A stretch of DNA of 64,000 nt from Candidatus Poribacteria bacterium (GTDB lineage: Bacteria; Poribacteria; WGA-4E; WGA-3G). The stretch lies in the NCBI GenBank assembly GCA_965217715.1, contig OZ244563.1, positions 1,445,083-1,509,082 of the forward strand, written 5' to 3'. Below, piece by piece: positions 58,607 through 64,000 of the stretch. Every line of letters begins with the position of its first letter. The stretch's first letter is position 1. Below the pieces are notes generated by a model. That model saw only the letters and a list, made by a program, of their open reading frames with translations, searched no databases and was not told the origin of the DNA. A program made the translations under genes and the position numbers.

Positions 58607-60637
58607 ATGCTAAAACAGACGATTCAAAACAAGACTTTCACGAATTCAATTGGCATGCAGTTCCTAAGGATTGAACCCGGCACTTTTATGATGGGTTCAG
58701 AACAAGCAAATCTTGCAGATGAATTAACAGCAGGCAAGGAATATCTGCGGGATGGTGATTGGGACGAACAACCGATACATCAAGTGACACTCAGCACGCC
58801 GTTTTACATCGGCATTTTTCAGGTGACAAACGCACAATTTGAAGAATTTCAACCTAATCATACCGAACTACGCGGAAAACTCGGCTTCTCGCAGGACGAT
58901 GATGAAGCCGTTGTTTTTGTGGATTGGCACGATGCAACCCGTTTCTGCAAATGGCTATCTGAGAAGGAAGGGCTACCTTATCGATTGCCGACCGAAGCGG
59001 AATGGGAATACGTTTGCCGCGCAGGGACAAAAACGCATTTCCATACCGGTGACACCTTACCTCCTGAATTTCATAAAAACGTTGGGGAGAGTTGGTATCC
59101 GGATATAGGACGGAGCGGTGGTGCAGAGGAAATCGTGCCTTTGCATGTTGGCATGACAGTGCCAAATGCATGGGGTATATACGACATGCACGGAAACGTT
59201 GAGGAGTGGTGTCAAGATTGGTATGGACTTTATGAATCAGACCTACAAATTGATCCCATTGGAAGAGAATCGGGTTTGTATCGTGTGACGCGAGGCGGTA
59301 GTCATTCCACTCTGCTCTGTTATTTGCGTTCTGCAAATCGGATGGGGGCTGTGCCTGAAGATAAACATTGGTATATCGGATTTCGTGTTCTTTGTGGCGA
59401 GATTCCTGAAACTGCTACGCTTTTACCAGTGCCGAAGGTGGCGTTATGGGGAAGTGATGTCAAACAAGCTATGGCACGGCAAGATGTGCCTACTACTGCG
59501 CCATATTTTGCTGAACCGATCCCATTTGTCCGAATTCCAGATGGTTCTAATGGACCGCTTTTTTCAAGACATAACCACGTTCCTGCGATTGTGGAGTGTC
59601 CAAACGGAGATATGTTCGCAGCATGGTATTCGTGTGTAACAGAGCGGGGACGTGAGTTGACGCTGGCTGCAAGTCGTTTGCGTTTTGGTGAATCGGAATG
59701 GGAAGTTGCTGAACCATTTTGGGGACCGCCTGACCGAAACAATCACGCGACCTCTTTATGGTGTAATGAGAACGGAAGGATTTACCATTTCAACGGTCTT
59801 TCTGCAGCAGCGACATGGGGACCTTTAGCATTGATAATCCGTTATTCTGACGACAACGGAGCGACATGGTCCAAACCTCGTTTTATTTCGCCTGAACATC
59901 GTTTACGTCACATGCCCATCGCTTCTGTTTTCCGAAGGCAAGATGACTCAATCCTCCTTGCATGTGATGCAGTGACGGGGGGAAACGGTGGCACAGCGAT
60001 CTGGTTAAGCAACGATGATGGAGAAACTTGGTACGATCCAGGTGCAGGACAACCTGTTCCCGAATTTGCGGCAGGAAAAAGCGGCGGTTGGATTGCTGGA
60101 ATACACGCTGCAGTTGTGGAATTGTCTGATGGTCGACTTATGGCGTATGGACGGGGTGATACCATTGACGAGCGTATGCCGAAAAGTGTTTCTGAAGATG
60201 GCGGTAAAACGTGGCACTACAGTGCGAGCCCATTTCCTGTTGTTTCGGGTGGGCAAAGATGCGTATTGCTGCGACTTCAGGAAGGACCGATCTTTCTGGC
60301 ATCCTTTACAGGAAGCCGTAAAACGCCAGAAACAATGTCAATTGTAGACGAATCTGGAAATGAACGTATAGTAACAGGGCTTTTTAGTGCGCTCTCTTAT
60401 GATGATGGGATAACTTGGTCTCATATTCGCTTGATTTCAGACGATGGACCTGACCGAGAAATCGAAACAATGGATGGACGGCCTTTTGTTATGGGATTCA
60501 ATAGTGCTGAACCCGGCGGATATCTCGCTGTATGCCAAGGTCAGAACGGCATCATACATCTAATTAGCAGTAAACAACATTATCGGTTTAACTACGCATG
60601 GCTAAAAGAACCGCCACCATCGGAAGTGAGGAAATAA
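58607..60637 (+). CDS. FGE/SUMF1-domain fused to BNR (sialidase-like) beta-propeller protein
   Basis: N-terminal half: WEYVCRAGTKTHFHTGD, RGGSH, GFRV (no C-terminal Cys). C-terminal half has four Asp-box motifs: SDDNGATW, SNDDGETW, SEDGGKTW, SYDDGITW. Confidence 0.7.
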   Translation: MLKQTIQNKTFTNSIGMQFLRIEPGTFMMGSEQANLADELTAGKEYLRDGDWDEQPIHQVTLSTPFYIGIFQVTNAQFEEFQPNHTELRGKLGFSQDDDEAVVFVDWHDATRFCKWLSEKEGLPYRLPTEAEWEYVCRAGTKTHFHTGDTLPPEFHKNVGESWYPDIGRSGGAEEIVPLHVGMTVPNAWGIYDMHGNVEEWCQDWYGLYESDLQIDPIGRESGLYRVTRGGSHSTLLCYLRSANRMGAVPEDKHWYIGFRVLCGEIPETATLLPVPKVALWGSDVKQAMARQDVPTTAPYFAEPIPFVRIPDGSNGPLFSRHNHVPAIVECPNGDMFAAWYSCVTERGRELTLAASRLRFGESEWEVAEPFWGPPDRNNHATSLWCNENGRIYHFNGLSAAATWGPLALIIRYSDDNGATWSKPRFISPEHRLRHMPIASVFRRQDDSILLACDAVTGGNGGTAIWLSNDDGETWYDPGAGQPVPEFAAGKSGGWIAGIHAAVVELSDGRLMAYGRGDTIDERMPKSVSEDGGKTWHYSASPFPVVSGGQRCVLLRLQEGPIFLASFTGSRKTPETMSIVDESGNERIVTGLFSALSYDDGITWSHIRLISDDGPDREIETMDGRPFVMGFNSAEPGGYLAVCQGQNGIIHLISSKQHYRFNYAWLKEPPPSEVRK

Positions 60638-60638
60638 G

Positions 60639-61529
60639 ATGAAACTACCCTTTTTGCACCAAGAATTAGAGGTGAGAACTGATTTGCGAGAGAGTAATGA
60701 CATCCTTGACAGTCCAGATGCATTGCAAGATCGGATAACAGAAGATGGGTATCTATTGATCCGTGGACTACACGACAAAGAGACAGTGCTTGCTGCACGC
60801 CAAGCAATTCTGGAGAAATTGGCAGCGAAAGGGATGCTCGCTCCTGATACACCTCTCATGGATGGTATCTTCAATCCAGAATATCCAGAACCCACTTCAA
60901 CAGGGTCTATGGGAAATACAGCATTAACACAACTGCCAGCATTTAAAGCAGTCGTTGAAGGTGCACCGATTATGAAATTTTTCAAGCATTTTCTCGGTAG
61001 TGAGGCGCGAACGTTTGATTTCAAATGGCTGCGCACTGCCGGTCCTGGATCAGGTTCACCGATTCATTACGATATTGTCTTTATGGGCAGAGGTACGCAA
61101 AACCTATATTCATGCTGGACACCTTTCGGTGATGTTTCTTTGGATATGGGCCCGATCGTTTTCTGCCTCGGCTCTAACCGATTTGAAAAAGTGAGGCAAA
61201 CTTACGGACAAGCAGACGTTGACCGCGATCTGATTAAAGGACATTTTAGTGACGATCCGCTTGAAATTGTTGAGAAATTCGGTGGACATTGGGCAACAAC
61301 ATCGTTTTCGGTTGGAGATGTTATCATATTCAGTATGTTTTTGATGCATGCGTCCCTCGTCAACACATCCAACAAAATACGAATTACTGCAGACACGCGC
61401 TATCAACTCGCAGCGGAACCGATCGATGAACGATGGATTGGGGAAAGTCCTCAAGGACATTACGCTTGGAAACAGAAAGATGCCAAAATTGAGTCATTAG
61501 AGGAATCACGACGTAAGTGGGGCGTTTAA
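60639..61529 (+). CDS. PhyH-family Fe(II)/2-oxoglutarate dioxygenase
   Basis: HxD (PIHYD) and distal His (LMHAS). Start is 2 nt after the upstream stop. Confidence 0.6.
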   Translation: MKLPFLHQELEVRTDLRESNDILDSPDALQDRITEDGYLLIRGLHDKETVLAARQAILEKLAAKGMLAPDTPLMDGIFNPEYPEPTSTGSMGNTALTQLPAFKAVVEGAPIMKFFKHFLGSEARTFDFKWLRTAGPGSGSPIHYDIVFMGRGTQNLYSCWTPFGDVSLDMGPIVFCLGSNRFEKVRQTYGQADVDRDLIKGHFSDDPLEIVEKFGGHWATTSFSVGDVIIFSMFLMHASLVNTSNKIRITADTRYQLAAEPIDERWIGESPQGHYAWKQKDAKIESLEESRRKWGV

Positions 61530-61560
61530 CCATTGACCAGGATTATGGAGTTATATTGAT

Positions 61561-62646
61561 ATGAATAGTAATTCAGCTGCACCGCCTAAAAGCAGAAATT
61601 CTCGGTTTGTTCAGTTTTTTCTTATTTTGGTAATAGCTGTTGCAATCGGTTTCACGATCCGTCATTTCAAGGGCAAACCCCACACTACCTCTGAGGGACC
61701 AGCATGGGAAGTATACTTCAGCGAAGTCGGTGCCGTCAAAAGTCCTAATTCCTTAGAGAAGCGGCTTGTTGCAAAACTCAGTTCTGCAAAAGAACGGGTG
61801 GACGCAGCGCTGTATGATTTGGATTCCGTACCGGTAGCAGATGCTTTAATTGAAGCGCATGAACGAGGCATAAATGTACGAGTCTTCACTGAACACGATA
61901 ATATTAATGAAAACAAAAAAGGCAAGGAATCGGAAATTATACGTTTGCAGAAGGCAGGTATTCCCGTCGGAGATGATGGTGATAATGTAGGTTATATGCA
62001 TCACAAATTTATCGTGATAGACGAACGATATGTCTGGACAGGTTCGTATAACCCCACCTACAGAGGCGCGCACAAGAACAACAATAACGTTGTCTGGATT
62101 GATTCTGAACCGCTTGCGTATAACTTCACACAGGAATTTCGGGAGATGTATATCTTAGCAGAAATGAATAGGTCATCGGATCCGCATATCCCATTCCCAC
62201 ACATTACTCTTAACGATGGAACACAGATTTCAACCTATTTCGCTCCAGAAAACGACACGATTTCTCCCCTATTGAAAGAGATTAAATCAGCAAAAAAGTC
62301 AATTTATTTTATGGCGTTTTCGTTTACACACGATACACTTGGTAAGGCAATGCGCGATCGATATAAAAAAGGTATTCCGATAGGAGGTGTGTTTGAAAAA
62401 AGACAAATTGATAGGTATTCTGAATACGAGTCAATGCAGAATGCTGGTATCCCCGTAATTGCGGATGACGGTCCGGGAACTATGCATCACAAGGTGATCG
62501 TGATTGATGAAGAGACAGTGATTACGGGTTCATATAATTTCTCAAAGAATGCTGAAATGAAAAACAGTGAAAACTTATTGATAATCAAGGAAAACAAGGA
62601 TATTGCCCGCGCATATTTAGATGAGTTTAACCGATTAAAGTGGTAG
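61561..62646 (+). CDS. phospholipase D-superfamily protein with two HKD motifs and N-terminal membrane anchor
   Basis: HHKFIVIDERYVWTGSYNPT and HHKVIVIDEETVITGSYNFS. Confidence 0.75.
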   Translation: MNSNSAAPPKSRNSRFVQFFLILVIAVAIGFTIRHFKGKPHTTSEGPAWEVYFSEVGAVKSPNSLEKRLVAKLSSAKERVDAALYDLDSVPVADALIEAHERGINVRVFTEHDNINENKKGKESEIIRLQKAGIPVGDDGDNVGYMHHKFIVIDERYVWTGSYNPTYRGAHKNNNNVVWIDSEPLAYNFTQEFREMYILAEMNRSSDPHIPFPHITLNDGTQISTYFAPENDTISPLLKEIKSAKKSIYFMAFSFTHDTLGKAMRDRYKKGIPIGGVFEKRQIDRYSEYESMQNAGIPVIADDGPGTMHHKVIVIDEETVITGSYNFSKNAEMKNSENLLIIKENKDIARAYLDEFNRLKW

Positions 62647-62657
62647 GCGAAAAAGTG

Positions 62658-63773
62658 CTATCTTTCTCCAAGTTTGATAGTATAGTCCTGCTCGCGCCCG
62701 TTCCTATTGATTTTAAGGATGATTTCAGTATTTGGTGATGCGGTTCCAACACGTCTCAAAAGTTCGAGATAGTTTGTCACAGGTGTATTATTATATTCAA
62801 GAATAATATCCTTAGGCAAAAGCCCGATTTTGTGTGCTGGACTATCTTCTACGACACGCTTAACATAAACTCCAAAATCACTTATTTCAATATCAACACC
62901 AAGCCAACCACGCGGCACCTTGCCATGTTTTATAATTTCGGTGGCAACGGATTTAACCGTTTCAATTGGTACTGCAAAAGTAATGTTTTGGCTATTCCAC
63001 ATCTGCATCGGCAGCTGCAGCTGAAGTGGGTTCCAATCGTTAGGTTCAGTAAGGACAGCAAGGATCATTCCAACGACCTCTCCCGATGTGTTTACAATTG
63101 CTCCACCACTATTCCCCGGAGAAATAGGTGCGTTGATTTTAATGAGTTCAGCGCACGGGTGAGCAGGTAAGGTTTCCCGACCACTTACAATACCGAATGA
63201 AACGATTGGATGTTCGCCCTGCGAACTCCCAATTGTGAAAACCCATGAACCCATATCAATTTTATCGGAATTTCCTTTTTTTATTTGCATAGGTAATTTG
63301 TTATCCACCTTAAGTACAACAAGATCGGTCAACTCGTCCATCCCGATGATTTTTGCTGGAACTTTCTTGTTATTATTGAAGACAACTTCAATCTTGCTGG
63401 GCATTATATCAAAAGTAGTTGTAGCAATGTGTCCTTCCTTATCAAGAATAATCCCGGAACTGATGTTTTCGCCGGGAATTATTCTAATTATATCTGGAGG
63501 TAATTGTGCGGGTGTATGGGGAATTATTCTAATTATGTCTGGAGGTAATTGTACGGGTGTATTTTGTGATGCAATAACTTTGACAACAGCAGGGCGGGCA
63601 GAGGTGACAACCTTCTTGAATTCTTTTTCAAGCAGCTGTAACACATTTTCCTGTCCAAAACTTGGTGTTATGGCGCAGATGAGAAAAATAAACGTACTTA
63701 TACCAAGTAGCTTGTATAGAATAGAAAATTTCGTGTTTATATTTTGATTCTGTTTTAATTTGTTGGGAACCAT
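62658..63773 (-). CDS. HtrA/DegP-like trypsin-fold serine protease with C-terminal PDZ domain; 14-aa tandem repeat in the N-terminal region
   Basis: GNSGGAIVN active-site Ser. TDLVVLKVD (Asp). PDZ-like LGVDIEISDFGVYVKRVVEDSPA. DNA tandem repeat of about 42 bp at 63470-63550 encoding (Q/A)LPPDIIRIIP twice. Confidence 0.75.
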   Translation of the reverse strand: MVPNKLKQNQNINTKFSILYKLLGISTFIFLICAITPSFGQENVLQLLEKEFKKVVTSARPAVVKVIASQNTPVQLPPDIIRIIPHTPAQLPPDIIRIIPGENISSGIILDKEGHIATTTFDIMPSKIEVVFNNNKKVPAKIIGMDELTDLVVLKVDNKLPMQIKKGNSDKIDMGSWVFTIGSSQGEHPIVSFGIVSGRETLPAHPCAELIKINAPISPGNSGGAIVNTSGEVVGMILAVLTEPNDWNPLQLQLPMQMWNSQNITFAVPIETVKSVATEIIKHGKVPRGWLGVDIEISDFGVYVKRVVEDSPAHKIGLLPKDIILEYNNTPVTNYLELLRRVGTASPNTEIILKINRNGREQDYTIKLGER

Positions 63774-64000
63774 TTATTTATCCTCATCAAAGTAGTGGTC
63801 TACTTTATAGATATTCATACAAGAGAATTATAACCCTCCGCCGGTTGGTGTAGAGGTGTAACTGACACGCTTCAAGGTATAGTGTTTTTGCATCGGTTGT
63901 GTTGAAATCGCATCTGAGAAATCGGATGTTCCTGAAGCGCGCTGTAGAAATTGGTTGCTGATTGATGGCGATCCAGAAGAAAATCCAGGACGTGGTGTGC

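Noticed and set aside
1-64000. tRNA, rRNA and other structured RNA genes in the intergenic regions
   Set aside because: No cloverleaf-compatible sequence with GTTC/TΨC-like arms, and no rRNA-like stretches, were found by eye in any intergenic gap. A covariance-model scan would be needed to exclude small ncRNAs.

Overview
This 64-kb window is gene-dense (about 47% GC by eye) and most likely comes from an uncultivated bacterium. About 60 protein-coding genes lie on both strands; I found no rRNA, tRNA or CRISPR array. Much of the window is ordinary metabolism, including acetyl-CoA synthetase, MoeA, a MATE efflux pump and a Gfo/Idh/MocA oxidoreductase. A sulfur-carrier-protein cysteine-biosynthesis operon is present (Rrf2 regulator, CysK/M, APS reductase, MoaD/CysO-like carrier, JAMM protease). 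There is a large set of secreted proteins: formylglycine-generating-enzyme (FGE) domain proteins plus a sulfatase, a BNR/sialidase fusion, a LamG-like protein, cyclophilins, a PA-IL-like lectin, a multiheme cytochrome c, a di-heme peroxidase and a DegP-like protease.

The stretches most worth a second look are:
1. A roughly 9-kb cluster (1-9100) in which four proteins together carry six copies of the rare PCP_red domain (DPOR ChlB C-terminal-like). They sit beside a radical-SAM/SPASM enzyme, an Mrp/ApbC Fe-S carrier, a PQQ-type beta-propeller and a PhyH-family dioxygenase. This may be an undescribed maturation system.
2. A small island (18.2-22.5 kb) with its own sigma70-like promoter, a DNA methyltransferase, a 173-aa candidate PD-(D/E)xK nuclease and an unknown third gene. 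An IS630-family element has split that third gene in two. The insertion shows the classic CTAG target with a TA duplication, and the original 334-aa ORF can be rebuilt exactly by removing the IS.
3. A shared extreme C-terminal motif, K-x-T-T-T-W-x-x-[LI]-K, on three otherwise different secreted proteins. It may be a new sorting or processing tag.
4. At least three families of small palindromic or MITE-like repeats scattered through intergenic DNA. One is a 1.4-kb segment bracketed by two pairs of perfect 25-27-bp inverted repeats that carries an unknown ORF. Another is a gene flanked by direct MITE copies. A third is a duplicated 173-bp unit rich in GTTCC-N3-GGAAC palindromes upstream of the FGE-BNR gene.

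All domain assignments rest on motifs read by eye; no database searches were possible.
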